Below are positions 32,301 to 47,300 of a stretch of 64,000 nt of DNA, piece by piece. The DNA lies in the NCBI GenBank assembly GCA_013239625.1, contig MU057102.1:1947432-2011431 (forward strand), read 5' to 3'. Origin of the DNA: Lama guanicoe (taxonomy: Eukaryota). Made by a program: the position numbers and the translations under genes. The notes under the pieces were generated by a model that was not told where the DNA came from, did not search any database, and saw nothing but the letters and a program-made list of their open reading frames with translations. The stretch's first letter is position 1; each line of letters opens with the position of its first letter.

Positions 32301-35300
32301 GAGCGCAGAGTCCGGCCCAGCAGATTTACTAAAACAAACAGACTAGCCGGTCCTCCCATCCCATCGGCAGGCTCTCCCACGGGCAGGACCCTGGGCAGGA
32401 GAGGCCCAGGTCTACACAGCCTTACCTTGTCCCCGCCCACCAGGAAGAGGTCCACGGCGGCCCCGTTGATTCCCTGTCGCTCGCAGAGCCCGGACAGGAC
32501 CTCTTTGATGGAGAGCCCTTCCCTGACGGGCACCATGCAAGACGTCCCATCGGGCAGCTGGATGCTGCAGTGCTTGGTGGCCTTGTCCCTCTCGGGCCCC
32601 AGGGTCCTGCAGGCCTCTGGCTGGGGGGCAGGGAGAGAGGTGGCGGGTGCAGGGTCAGAAGAAACGAAGTGCCAAGGCGCCCGGGGAGGCTATGGTAGCT
32701 TCCAGACACCTGGGGAGGCCCCCCGTGTGCCTCCCAGTCCACACCCACACCCGGCTCTGAGAATTCAGAATCCTGTGGAGCTTCTGGGTTAACACCAGAG
32801 ACAGCAATTCTCTCTCTCTCTCTCTCTCTCTCAACTCCAGGCACAATATTTACAGTTTTACTCTCCAGTCTCTTGGTCTAAACACTAAGGGCTGCACTTA
32901 ACTAGCTTCCCTACTCAGAACAGGGAGGGCCCCTCACACTGCTGTTCTCGGGTCTGGTCTCGGCCTCCCTGACGCACAAGCACGTGGAGTCACCCTGTGG
33001 AGCCCACTGAGGCCGCACGGTCACCGTGGGCTGCCTCTGCCCACCTCTCAGTCTGCAGGGCCAGGGACCCAGGAGGCAGGCTGGACCGCACCCTGAGGGC
33101 CTGAGGCCCACCCTCTGCTGCTTCTGGTCATCTTTCTGGATCCTTCTGTCTGACCTTTTGGGACTGGAGGCCTTCCCAAGAAGGATGGTCAGCCTGAGGG
33201 AGGGGCTGGGAGAGGGGAGATGCGGCCCTCAGAGGCTCAGAGGCAGGAACACACCTGCAGGATGGGGAGCAGATGGGGCGGGAGAGACAGCTGTTCGGGA
33301 GCACCAGGGACCAAGCCTTGCCAGACGGCAGCACCTGCAACCTGACTTTCTGCATTGCTGGTGGACTGAGTCAGGGGCTGGAGGACAGCTCCTAAGGCAC
33401 CTCCCCAGCCTCACCCCAGGCAGGGCTCCAGGTGGGCAGGAGCTGGACCGAGGGGCCAGCCCGCAGCTGCACTCCCTGTGCAAACCTTTTGGTCTCTCCC
33501 GATGCCTCCTCTGGGTCTCAAGTTTCCCCGCTAGAAATAGCTCCCTGCCACATCCTGCTGACATACAGCTTGCCCTGGCTGTCACTTCCGATGGTCTGAA
33601 AATCTTTCACCCAAATGGTACTTTGGAAAACTAGTCTGTGGTGGTAGATTGACTGCAAAATGGCCCCAAATCTCCTCTTTCCACAGACGCAAGTACAGTC
33701 ATAAATGTTCTTTGTTTTTAGCTGCTGAGCTTTGGGGTAGTTTGTTAGGCAGCAGTAGCTAACTGACACATGGTAAGCTCGTCCAGCCTTAACTGTTATT
33801 TGGGGAAATAATATTCTACATTAAATACTGCTTGGCAATTTCCAATGACCAGGATGATGGCGGCAGTAAGGTTTTCCAAAATTGGTATCAGACAACAGCT
33901 AACCAGCTAGCCGGTCAGCCCAACGTCTCCCCACTTCCTCCACCTCGTTAGACATTGGGACCAGACGAGCAGTTTAGAAGGGTGTGAGGAGAGGGCACGG
34001 GGCAGGCCAGGATCTGGGCTCCCCCACAGGCAGGGGCCAGGCTGGGGGAGGACTCGCAGAAGCAGACCCTGGGGCATCGAGCTGACGGGTGTTCAAATGC
34101 TGAGACAAAGACGGAGCACCTGCTGGCTCCTGGTGGGCGTCCAAAGAGACAGCGACTGAATGAGAACAAAAGATCTCAAAAATAGGCCCAGAAGTATTTT
34201 TAGGACTCAGGGGGCACCCCTCCCCATCTATCAAATGGCTCCTCTCAGATCCCACGAACCCCAGTGGGGAAGAGCCTGGGTGGAGCCCCAGACCCCACAT
34301 TCCTGAGGGACATGACTCTCGTGCCCAGAGGCTGGCGGGCCCAGTGAATCAGCTGTGGCCTCAGGGACTCACCAGGTCCAGGCTCCCGGCAGAGGACACG
34401 GAGCCCTGCGACTCCCTGCGGCCCAGGCCTCCATTGGCGTGCAGGGTGTCTAGAAGGGGAAAGGGTCGCTCAGAAGGGCGAACAGCACCCACTTCACCTG
34501 TGCTCACTTAACACAAAAACCCACGCATGTGGTCACTGCTCCCAACTCCCACCCCATCAGGCTGAGCACACTTACACAGAGGACAGAAGCCAGGCTTGGA
34601 AAGGCCCCTGCACGGCCTCACCTCCCAGACCCACCGCTTGGCCCACAGCTGGAGCCAGGGGGCCGGGAGCGCCGCCCAGACCTGCTGTCCACTCGGCCCA
34701 CAGCCGCGGCAGCTCAGAACACGAGTGGGCGCTCTGGTGCAGGGCCGCCCTGCGCTTCACTTCATCTGGAATTGTTATCTCAGCACACGGCTTCTGGGCC
34801 CAAGAGGAGGGCAGTAAACAGGACAGCGGCCACAGCACCGCTATCTGCAGCTCATTTCCCATCTCCCACGAGTGCAAAGTGAGCCCACAGTTACCACATC
34901 CCTTGTCACCAAGTGTTCCCATTGCAATCCCAACATCACGACGACTCTGCTCCAGCAGGGCCCACCGCCAGTCACGCTGCTGTGCAGGGGGCCTGGGGGC
35001 CACGCAGGGGGGCCTGATTAGACGGCAGCTCCCAGGTCCCACTGACCCTCCAAACTACCAGCCCATCTTTCAAAAGCAACAGACAGCCAGGCGACCATGT
35101 CAGAACTCCTGGGGAGTGCCCTGGAGTCAGGATTTAAAGCCCTTTCCAGACAGTCTCTAAAGATCTGCTAGGTATGGGGACCCCAGCCTCCTGCTCAGGG
35201 GCACAGACATAAAGAGGCAGTTGCTCCCCTGTCTCTGGTCCTCGGGGGGGGGTCCCTGGTCCCTATGCCCCGCTCCCGTCCCCCAGTCCTGCCTGCCTTC

Positions 35301-38300
35301 CCTGTGGAAGAACACCTGCTCTGACCGCCCACAGCATGACCCCGGAACGGGAGGGCACCGGCACCAAGCCCCCAGCCCTGAGCCGCCTTCTGTAAGATGG
35401 GCACGAGCCCTACCGTGCAGTCTGCTCCCAGGGGGAGAGGAGATATAAACTCTACAAACCGCCGCCTCCCACCTCCTCCTCAGGCCTCCTGTCCGAGACC
35501 CCTCAATAAACCGCCCAGTTTAAACCTGGCGGCCCAGGCCAGGAGACTGCAGGTTAATCCTTGGAAAATAATCACCCTCTTGAATCTCTAGGGAAAAAAC
35601 TCTTTCCAGTTGCTGCCCCCCACTTAGGCTTCCCACGCCTGCGGTGAGCACCGTCATCTTTCTCTGCCCACCCCTTCCCTGCGCCAGCCCAGCCAGCGTC
35701 TGCAACCAGCAAAGGGCCCCCGAGGCCCCTCCCCGGGCTGGGGCTGAGCCCGCGCCTCGCACCGCCTTCTCGGCCACACACACGAAGGACATCAAGGGAG
35801 GAGACCTCCAGCACAGCCACCTCCAGACTCACAGTAAAGAATGTGATTTGGGGACACTCGACGCTCAAACTACATGTCACATTGTCTTTACAAACTTACA
35901 AAGGCTCGTGCACCCCTGCACGTGGCAGAAAAACAAGCAAAAACCCCAAAGACTTCGGCAGGCAAGAAGCTGTCTGGGTGGACAGACGGCAGGACTCTGC
36001 ATTTTCTTCTTTTTACCTGGTTGTGTTTTCCAGATTTTCTGCCCAGAGCGCCTATTACTGCTGGAGCAGGAGTAGGGGAGAGCGGCCGCCACTGGGGGCC
36101 CAGGCCTGGGGCTGGGATGCACCGCGCCCTGCTTCCCGGCCGTCCTGCCCCACAGGCCACCGAAGAGGCACGAGCTGCCCTGGGGGCACGGCCCACACCC
36201 CCTCACTCGTCCCCGCGACAGCCTCGCCCCGACCCCGCCTGCGCACCACAAACCACCAACCGTTTGGACGGTCGCCGTGGTCCTTCTTCTTCTGGGAGCG
36301 CCCAGTGCTCCTGGTCCTGGACCAAGAGAAAAACGCGCCTTTCCGCTTCTTCTCACTGTCCTCGTCCCCCAGCTCCTCATTCAGGGAGCGTCCTGATTTT
36401 GATTTTCCACTCAGCTGCCATCAAACGGAAAACACGGTTAATTTACCACCACCCTGGATGAGAAGGGAGGCCGAGGCCGGAGGGGGCTGCCTAGGCCCGT
36501 TCTCCGCGGGAGGGGTCAGGCCTTCGAGGCCAGAGATGCAGCCCCAACAGCCTCCCCAAGACAGCAGCTGGAGCCTCCCACCCAGACTGCAGCCTCAGAC
36601 AAGATGCATCTGAAGGTCCAAGCCCAAGAGGTCCGTCACTCCCCGTGAGTTAAGGGATAAACCAGCATGGCGTCTGCTGTCCCTTCCCCAGAACAGCCCT
36701 CATCGGGTGAGACCAGCGCGACGGAGCGGGGCACCTTCTTTGGCGTGGACACGTTTGAGTGGTCTGAGCCGACGCTGTGCTTGGAGGCAGGGCTGCTGGG
36801 GACCTGCTGTGCGTCAGGCAGTGAGCGGCCCTCCACCTCGGCCAGGATGCACTCTTGGTACAGCTGGGACTTCAGGAAGCGCGTGTAGCTGTCGAACTTC
36901 ATCAGGTTGAAGATCTGCGGGAAAAACGCAGCTGCGGTCCAGGGTCCAGTCCCAGATGGGGCCAGACACCCAGCCCGCGGTGAAGAGTTACACGGGGCCC
37001 GTACACGCCAGCCGGGCCCATTCTGAAAGCCCGCTCTCTCCCCAGAGTTACTTTCTGGGGTCCTTTATGTCTGATTTCTTTCCCATAACACACCAGCCCT
37101 GGTTTATCATGCTTACAATCAGCCAATTCCAACAGCCTGTCAAAGCCCACATCACGGGTGGGCCCAGCACAACCAGCGGCCATACTGGGGCATCTTAACT
37201 TCGTTAAATCAGAATGAAACCGAAAGCAACTGGAAATCTAAAGGAAGTGAGAACTGCCCTGAAAATACTGTTTTGTTTTGTTTTGTCTTAATTATTAACA
37301 GTACTCATATGACTCGGCAACAGAAGTAACCTCTGGTAAAAACCATTAGGGTCCATGCACGCTTTTTATCACAGAGATGTCCTAAAGCTGAAAAAAAAAA
37401 ATCCAACCCTCTATCTTCCTCTACAGACGCCCCTGCCCACGAACCTGCAACCTCACACACAGGCATGTGGAGAAGTGTCACCAGACAGGGACTTCCTGCT
37501 TCACGGCCTGGCTGAACCCTGGCTCTGGGACAGAAGCCCACTCTCCTGTCAGTCTGGCGCCCGCGGGGGGCTGCTCTCTGGGACCCGAGTCCCCTCCCCA
37601 CCCCGGGAGTCACCTGAAGCTGCTGCTCCTTGAACATGTCGGGGTGGGGGGCACGGAGGATGTCGTCCGCCAGCTGGGCCTGGCTGTCGATGTTGACTGG
37701 AGTGGTCGCTTTGCTGCTCAGGAACTTATTGAAGATCTCGCGGGCCCTGTAGGAGAGCTGCCGGGACACGTGTGTGAGCGGACGCGCAGACCACAAACAG
37801 CACGTGTGTTCTGCCTGTTTCACGGCTGTACTCCAAATGCCCAGCACAGCTCCAGGCACTGGAGGTACATTCTCTTGGGGCCCAATAGATACTTCCTGCT
37901 GGAGTTACAGATAAAAGTTCCAGCCAATATGAAACTCTTCAGTAAATCAGCTCCCCTCCCAATTTTCTCAAAGGGCAATCTGAATGTCCCAAAGGCCTGG
38001 CCGTGCTGCAGCGGGGGACGGCAGGGGTGGTGTGGCAGGGTGGGGGGGCGAGGTTGGGGCGGCACTGAGTGTGGCGAGGAGACAAGATGCCTCCTCTGAG
38101 GGGACCGCAGGCCGCACGGCCTCCAGCCGGGGCTCGCCGTCACCCAGGGCCGCGAGGGCGAGCAGGGCGGACGGGTATTCTCAGGGTGCTCTTCCACCCA
38201 GAATCTGCTCCTGCACCCCCTCAGCACACTGAGCAGCAGCACGTCTGCTGATGAAAGCTCTACGGCCGAAGGCATTTCTGCAAGCTCTGTTTAGGCAAAA

Positions 38301-41300
38301 TTAAATACCATATATATTAAGAAACTTAGTCTGAAAAAGAAATTTTTTCATGGTGTGAAAATATTTTTACATGGACTTTTCAAACTGCACTAGGTGTGAA
38401 GCTGTGATGAAATCACCCTGCCCTCAGCCACCCCCACTCCCCGGCCTGAAGAAACATACCTCTTTTTTGTCGTGTGCAGGAACATGACTAAAATACTCGC
38501 AGGCCTGCCAGAATAAAATGTTTTCTTCACTGAACTCTTTCCTTAGAAAATCCTAAGAAAAACACCGGCAATCAGCCTTCACACAGCCCTCAGAAAAGGG
38601 CGAACCGGTAATGGCTGAGGGCCCTCCCTCCTCTCAACCTCTGCCGATTCCTTCATTCCCACTTTTTTCTCTTTACCGCCTTTCACTGAAACCAGAGGTC
38701 ACAAGCGCGTCTCCAGAATTCCCCCAAAAGACGAACTGAAAAGCTGCCCACGCTGAGGACCACTTTGGCGCACACGGCCGCTTTCTCGGGAGCCGAGCAT
38801 CCCTTCCTAACAGCTGCCCTTGCTGACAGGTAGCCCTTCCCAGCATTTACAAGAAGCTCCGCCCCCTTGGCCTCAAGCGCCTAGGGCAGGCGCAAGGGCA
38901 GGAGGAGACACAGGCCTTGCCCTGACCTGAGGTCTGAACCAGAGCGGGCCCGGGTCCTGCCAGAGGAAGGGGCCATCACCCATCGTACTCACGGAGAAGT
39001 ATCGCACGCCCAGCGGGTCCTGCAGAAGACGCTCGAAGGACACGGCCCAGCTGGCAACCCTCCGCTCGCGCAGGCGCCGGCAGCTCTGCACACTGGGGAG
39101 GCTGGCATTGCTGCTCAGGCTGTGGTTGCTCACACAGTCCTTCAGGTCGGCGCCGCTCAGCTCTGTGGGGCCAGCACAGACCTCACTCACCTGCGGGTGT
39201 GTCCTCCACACCCGCCCGCGGGGCTGGCCGGGCCTCACCAAGCTGTCTTCTCTAGAACTTGCGATCGGCCCAAGAACAGTGCACGCCCACACCGTGGCCC
39301 CGTCGTCCCAGGTACAGGGCAGAGCATGGAACAAGACCGGACCTGGATGCTGACGGCCCCCGACAAGGATGCTTGGCACAGATCGCGGCTGGCTGGGCCG
39401 CGGGCACAACCGGGAGCACCAGGTGAGCCCACCTGAGGTCAGGGGCCGCTGGGAGTCAGGGCCAGGTGACCCACAGGGCAAGCAGAGGGACAGGGGCACC
39501 GGTGGGGTTCCCAGGGCCTGGGGAAGCTGCCTCGTCAGGATGGGAATCTCGCACTCACATCCCTGTACTTCCCTGCACGCGACCAGTCTCACGCCCGGGC
39601 CAGCGTGAGTGCAACCGCGAGCCAGCGTGACGACTAGAGGGCGGCCGCCCCTCGTGGAAAACACACGCTCCCGGGGTGTGCTCCCAAGCCGGCCGCAAAC
39701 AGCACTAAGGAGCCTTCGGTTCCACTGTCTTGTAAACAAGCTCTGGAAAGATCCGTCTCCCTTCACACAGAGACGGGGGTACTCGGGACCCCTGTCGCCC
39801 TCCCATGAGCAGGCCCCCTCACAGCAGGGTGGGCAGGCCTGGCCATGGAAGCCTAGGGCCGGAACCAGTGGCCGGACATTCTGCCGAGGACAGGCCCCTT
39901 CTGTGAGAGCCCAGGGGACACGGGACAGGGACGGCCAAACCTGCACTGGGGCGGGGCACAGGCTCTGCTGGCTGAGCGTGGCTGCCCGGTGGAAGTACCA
40001 GGCTCACAAGCCCCGTTCTGCTCTCTCACCCGGGCTCGCGGGGAGGAGTCGGGTGGACTAGTTAACCGGCTCCGGCTCTTGGCCAGCCGCTTACAATGCG
40101 TCCTATTAGTGACAGGGGACCGGGGTGGGGAGACCAGGACAGGTCAGTGACCCAGCACAAAGCCCCGTGGGGACAGAGGCAACGCAAAGTGGCGATCAAG
40201 CCCGTCTACAGTGCAGGATGGCGGGCAGAGGCTGGCCTGCAGCCACGGCCCCCAGGAGATGGGCCTTCAGGGGACCAGACAGCTCAGCTGGGAACCCGAG
40301 CAAGTGTCTCAGCAGAAGCCACTGCTGCAGGAATCACTCAAAGCTCAGAAAGCGCGTGGATGAGAAAAGAAAGAGAAGGTCAGAGAGTGACCACGTCACC
40401 CCAACTGCTGTGAAAAAAGTTAGAACAAGATTAAAAAGAAGCTGCGTAAGATCAGAGAAGGACAGTATGAACTTTGCTTTGAGGCTCACTAGACCCCGCC
40501 TGCCGTATGTGATCTGTGAGAGAAACACTCGTGACGGAACCCGCCTCCGGGTCAGAAGGGAGGCACCAGCCCCGAGTCCACCGCGCGACACACGCGGTCG
40601 CTAAACCTGAACCACGGCCCCCGCTCAGTGAGTCGAGGACGAGGGTCCAGGTGAGGCTATGGGCCCAGCCACCCGGCCACCACGTACACAGAACCATCTG
40701 GAAACGCCTTGCTTAGACTCCACACAAAACTTCCCACGAGGAAAGCCCCCCCCACACACTCTCCTTCCCTCTCCCCCTGGGGCTCTGGTCCGGGAAGGGG
40801 CCTCCCTCTCGTCTGGTTTGTGTCCGGCCCCTGGGGCACCAGGGGCTCCACACCACAGACATTCATCCTCCCTGAAGTCACACATGGTCCGATACACTTC
40901 CCAACAGACGCTTCACTCGAACTGGACAAGCTGAGTCTAAACTGAGCTCACGTGGAAAGCCACACATGAAATGCCGGGAAACTACACACAACAGAGCAAC
41001 GAGGCCGGGCCAGCCCTGCCCGTCACAGCATGTCACCGACCCGAGTCCTGAACACAGTGGGGCAGCGGCACCGATGCAGAAACAGACACGCTACTGGGAA
41101 AACTGGACAACCATCTGAAAAACAGCCAAGTCAGGTCCCTCCCAATACACACGGAATTAAATCCCACATGGACCAAAGATGTAAATGTGAAACATGAAAT
41201 TAGCAGAACGCAACAGGAAAACACGGGCTCGCTTTCTGCCGTGCCTGAGTGGGGCGAGCAGCAGGCACACACCCGGAGCCGCGAGGCAGGACTGCGAGCA

Positions 41301-44300
41301 TGGGCGCAGCGGGAGGGTGGGAGTCCGGGGGCAGAGGGGCCGGGTTTGGGCCTCCATTACGAGCGCAGTGAGTCCGGGGACGTCCTCAGGTGGCACAGCG
41401 CGGTGACCACGTTAATGACGCTGTGGTGCACGTTTGAAAGCTGCTGACAGAGTGGACTTTAAAAGCTCCCACCACAAGAAAAAAACTGACTGCAGTGAGG
41501 GATGTTAACTGGTCTTACTGTGGTGGCCATTTGCAATATATACACGTTTTGAATCGTTAGGTTGGCATGCCTCAAACTAATATAATGTATGTCAACTACA
41601 CCTCAACAAACAAAATAAAATCTCTGTATATCAAAAAACACTGTAAGTTAAACCAAAAGACAAGAAACAGAAAATCCATGTAACGTCACACAGATGAAGG
41701 ACTGACTTTCCTTCTAGTTAAGAGCAGCTCCAGAGCAGTAAGAAAAAGGCCATAAAACCAAAGGCAGTGGGAGAAGAGTGTGGACAGTCGCCAAGTGGGG
41801 CTCGAGACGGTGCCACCCTGGAGAGACCCACCCCAAGCTAAACTGAATGTACACTAAGCACCAGCGTCAGGAGCGGGGGGGGGGGTCTGAGCAGAGGTGT
41901 GAGCTCTCCTGCTCCACTTCATGCCGACAAATGGGGTGATCTTCACAAAATAGTCTATTTTAAAGACATCCTGTAAAGTGTGAGCACAGAACATTTTTCC
42001 TTCAGCTTTTTTCCCTTGAGGGAATGATGGTCTGAGAGCTGAGGGAAGAACAGAAGTTAACCGACCTCAGAAAAGTGGGAAAAGTGTTCCAGGACAGGTT
42101 GAGTACGTGCAAAGGCCCTGTGGCAGAAGAAAGCCAGCTCACACCTGTGTGGCTGGGCTGTAGGGCCAGAGTGCTGAGGAGCAGGGCCAGCAGGGCCAGG
42201 TGGTGGGTGCCAAGCAGTGGAGATTTTACCCTGGAGGACAGCGATTAACAAGGGAATGTCAAGAAGGCACCTTTGTCCTTCTCGGGCCCCTCTGGCTGCA
42301 TGTGGAGGGAGGTCCTGAGCTCTGCCAGGCGGAGGTCCAGCTGCAGGTGCTGGTGGCCTGGACTGTGAGGGCTGCAGGGGCAGTGGGGAGGTGCAAAGAG
42401 GAAGACTGGCTCCAACTGCATAAGACACAGTAGCTGAACCCCATCAAGGATGTTGGAGCTTTGATTTCTCAAACAAAAGGTATCTGGACTCCAATGTGCA
42501 GCAAGCACCATGATGTAGATTGTCTGCCTCCCTTGCAGCTAGTGCAGGAAGGACACGGGAGCGGCTGGGGAGCGGCTGGTGGAGGCGGCAGGCTTCCCAC
42601 CCAGCCCACCGTGCCTGCCCAGAGCTCACAACCTCCTGGCACGGCCATCACGCCCCCAGCGCTGGGGGAGGATGGCTGTGCATTTGCGGAACAACCCGTG
42701 AATGGAAGAATGAGCGCTGATTGACATTTTAAGGAAAGACAGCCTGTCTACTAACTCATGCTTGTAAGAGCTGACAAATGTAAATTAGTTTTTAAGACTC
42801 ACAAATCAACAACTGACACTTTAAAAGTCTACTCAAGAAGGAAGCTATAAAATATATATATAAAAAAAGGGGACCCCCCCCCAACCCCCGGCCCCTGGGT
42901 GTGTGCTGTGCGGGTCAGGGGCCACAGCACATTCTGAGGTCTGCCATTACTGACGCCCCGGTGGGTGCAGGGCAGTTCCTGTCTTGGGGTCTTAGGGGCA
43001 CCGAGGTTGCGCATAGGGGCCAGGCCACACTGTCTGAGTCTGAGGCCTCAGCCATCTCACTTCACGACAGCCAGATCTCTGGGAACCCGCACACTCTCCC
43101 CAGTGAGAAAGTCAGAGACAGTTTTACTGCTGCAAAAAGCAGGTCAGCACAGAGCTCTTGTCATCGGGAGACCTCCTGATAATCGGAGGTGGCGGATTCT
43201 TGCAGACGACCGTGTGGAGCCATGTGGCGGGTGCAGAGCCCCTGGGAGAGCGACAAAATCCTAGCTCTTCCGCGTGTCCACGACACGCATGGGAAGTCAC
43301 CTGGGCCTTGATATCCACTGTCAAATTCTTAGTATCATAATTCACACCACCTTTAAACTCACCCTGGAACTGCTCTCGACTCATGGAAAATAGTGCACAT
43401 TTCTGGAAGGACTGACCTTGAACACTGAGATGAAACTCCTCCAAACGCAGAATTCCTACCCCAGTCCAAGGCCAGAACAGGTGACGGGACGAGCCGCACT
43501 GCGCGCAACTCACCACCTGATTCTCTCCTGGGTGCCAGGAGTTTGGGTGGAACCGTGCGCTCGGCCTCCAGCCAAAGGAGAAGACACTCACAGGAGACGC
43601 CCTGTCCCCCCACCCCACCCCCCACAGCTCCGCTCTAGGGGGCGCCCCTGGCTTCTGCTGTCACTCTTGGGTTTGTTTGTTTTTCATTTCTTTCAATTCG
43701 CCAGTTTGAGTCAAAGGAATGCCTTCCTGGTGAGAAAGGTTTTGCAGTCTGGTTCAGATTTGCTGAAAACGAGAAAAGCCACCAGCTTTATACTGGCTGG
43801 ACAAGCCTGTAGATTACATGCTGCAAATAAGATTAATAAGGCCTCGGTGCTGAAGTGTTACAGACAACTCTGCAACTCGAGGCTTCAGCCCATTAGCACC
43901 TCATCAGAACGTCTCATCCAAACCACGATCGCAAGCACTCTAAACACTGAAATCGCAACTCAAGGTCGGGTTATACGAAGGGCCACGGCCTCCCGCTGAC
44001 GTGCCCCCCTCAGCACACGCACCTGAGGGCCGCATCGTCTGCCTGCCCCCGCCAACCGCGACAAGGCACAGACCGGAGGGACTTTACCTGGGTAGAGCTG
44101 ATAAGAGCCACTGTGATGCCATTTAACCAAACACTTCCAACCATTCACCGCAAACCACCCCTCTGAATCCATACCAGGGTCAGCCGGCACAGCTCCCGGG
44201 GCCCCGGGCAAAGGCTCGGGCCACGCACAGAGACATTGTTCCTTAGCTTACGCTCCCCAAGGAGGCAAGTTCGTGCACCCTCTCCAGGGATCCCAGGCCA

Positions 44301-47300
44301 CAGGCTGACAAGGGTGAGGCTCTCCCTTCAGGCGCACGGAGAGGGAAGCGCTCGTATACTCGACACAAAGCACTGCAGAAGACACATTCATAATTCACAG
44401 CAGACCTGCAGCCGCTGCTGGCGACCGTGAATTATTTAGCAGGTGGAACGCAGCTCCAGAAACGGCACTCGGACGTGCAGGTGCTGAAGATGAGCCTGGG
44501 GGTCTCTGGGAATTTGTTTTCTGTGAAACTAGCAGCAGAAAAGGATGAAATAAATACTTTCAATAATAAAACCCTTATTCCCCTAGTAAAAACTTTTTTA
44601 ATCCCATACACCTAAAACTTGACTCTTAATGAGAAGGTGATCACCAAACCTGCGTGGTACCAGGAAGTATTCATCAGGTAATGAGCAACTACCCAAAGCT
44701 GAGCCACTCTGAAACCATAAGGGGCATTCCGAGGTGAAAGGAGAGCACGCCCATGACTCTCGCACGGAAGCTGTATTTCCAAAAACTGGCGGGGGCTGAT
44801 CCGGCTCGAGGCTGGCCCTGCTCCAGGCTCTCGCATGGACACTGCTGCAGAAACAGCTGTTACCTGGCGCCAGCTCTGTTAAAAAGACGTTTAACCGATC
44901 GCAGTGTTTTCCAAGAAAATAGTTCGAGAAAAGGGGTTAAAGACGCAGCTCAGTCCCAGTGGGTCCCACCTTCCTGTCAAGGGTCCTTCTGGACCTTGGG
45001 TTTCAAGGCAGCAGTGCCAGGAGGCGGAGCAGCATGCCAGGCTGTGCCGTGGGGCAGGCCCCGCCCGGGGCCCCGGGGTCGTGGTGCAGATGGCACAAGT
45101 GCAGAGGTGAACGGGGTGGAGCCCGCAGGGCGGGGCTGGTAGCGCAGCTGATACACGGGGCGGTCAGGACGCCCACCAGGCGCTGTGGGAGAATGCCACC
45201 CGTGCTGTCCTTTGGGGGCAGCTTTTATTCTGATTTAATTTCAAACTTGTAGAAAGTGACACGGTAGTAAAAGGAGCCCCCATATGCCCTCCACCCGGAT
45301 TCCCTGAGCGCCTCTCTCGCCCGATTCGATGGCCTCCTCTCTCCCCTCCCCTCCCCCATCTCCTTCTCTGAACACACACACACACTTGCTCTTCCCGACT
45401 GTTTCATTAAGTTGGAGAGAGCACTCCTCTTTGTCCCTGAAGAGTCCAGTGTGTATTTCTTTGTAACCACAGCACAGCTACCAAAACTGGGGAAAGTGAC
45501 GAGTGAACTGGTCCCCAAGTGAACTGATCCACCCTTCAAACTGACCAAGCCTTGAGAACACCTGCCATAAGGTCACCACAGTGGCATAATTCAGTTCTAG
45601 GGGAAACCCAGGTGGAGACTCAGGCCCCATGATGTCATTCTGGCCCTGGGTGACATGACGTGATAGGCTGCACGGGCCTGAAAAGCCTCACGCCTTGGTT
45701 TTTCTCCTTTGGGGAGAAATTAACAATTGCAGGGTTGGGGCAAGAGTACAAGTGAAGACCCTTATACCATGTATCTAAATACTGAAAAAACTTCAAAGAA
45801 ACTAACACAGAGATAAATAAGGTATACTTTCTTCTCCCTTCAAACAGACTCGGAGGCCAGGTTTGAATTTAGAATTCTGGGACTTGCCCGAGTTCTGCCT
45901 TGGAAGCTGGTGGCACAGGGAAGGCTGCGTAGCCCTGGGCCCACCCACACCCACCCCTCACCCTCACCCCCCGCCGCCGCCTTCTCTTCCCACCCCGGCT
46001 CCATCCTCATCCTGTGCGGCTCCCAGCCCGCTGGTCACTGCCCCGCCGCACAGCAGCCGCCCTGAGAGCACTCACTTCATTCCCCAGCCGCAGGCCTGGC
46101 ACGGTCTACAAATTCAAAGCAGCACGACCTTTTTCCTCAAAGAAATCGCATATGGAATCCCTGTGAGTGAGCCGGGCTGGCTGGGAAGAAGGAGGGCACA
46201 GACAAGACAGGTGGGGACAGACCTTGGGCCGCATTCTGCTTGACCTGGCAGAGCCTCGGGCAGGCTGGCCCAGCTCCTCCTTAAGGAAACATCTGCCACT
46301 AAACACAGAGACCTCTGATAATTAGAACGAACTGTTTTTGGAGCCAAACAGCACCTTCTCAGCACAGAGTCTACGAACTATTGATCTAATTCCATCAGCC
46401 CATTTTACAAAGGAAATTGCCGAAGTGTGAAGACCTTCAGTGACCTGCCCGGGCTTAGTCGGTGACGGTGCTGAGACTGTGTCCACATGCTCCACGGGGT
46501 GACCCCACGTCACCATACCTGAGTTCAGACTTCACAGCCCTGGGAGAGGCAAACTCCTCACACCCACGGAACAGCCCTCGGCGGACAGCAGCCCTCCGCA
46601 CACGTCCCTGGGCCAGAAGAAATCTGAACGCTGAGAAAGGCCCGTTTATAAACTGCTCTGGCAGAGCACAGCACAACAGACTGCTGTGTCTGAAATGACA
46701 CAAGTCCTTCTGGAGACGGAAATGCCAAGCAGATGGGGGATGCTGGAAGAACCCACGGGGCCGCGTGAGTGGGCGGCACAGCAACCGAAAAGGGCCAGTG
46801 TGGGAGGTGTGAGGCGACAAGCGGAGGGGGTGCTGTCACTTGTCACACGGAGTGTTCAGGACTTTAGCGCAGTGCTAGCAACTGACCACAAGTGGCTGGC
46901 CAGCTAACTGGCCACAGGGAGCCTCCAGGGCTCACGAAACAGGGACACAGGACACTTTTCAAAGACAGTCCTAATCAACTTCATTTATTATCCTGATTTG
47001 AATGAAAACATTTACATTATTCTCTCACCATCCCTTTGTGAAACTGGCGTATCTCACAGCAGTGACTAGAATGCACGCCCTTTATGAAGACATTCTTTGC
47101 TTCTGGTACCGGGGCCGCACATGAGGTGCAGCCCCTCCAGCGGTGGCCTGGCTAGCTGTGGCCCGTCCCTGCCAGGAGGTCACCGCTCAAGGAGGACCCG
47201 AGCACCACAAACGCGGCACTCCACTAGGAAGACTCGACACCGGTGCTATAACCACGCCCACGGCCCACGCAGGAAAGCTACAGCTCGGAGCCCCACGCCC

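Noticed and set aside
38873-39946. 357-aa ORF as a standalone gene
   Set aside because: Only 38993-39162 is recognisable RGS12 coding sequence; GTG start with no in-frame ATG upstream of the exon. Kept only as a splicing lead.
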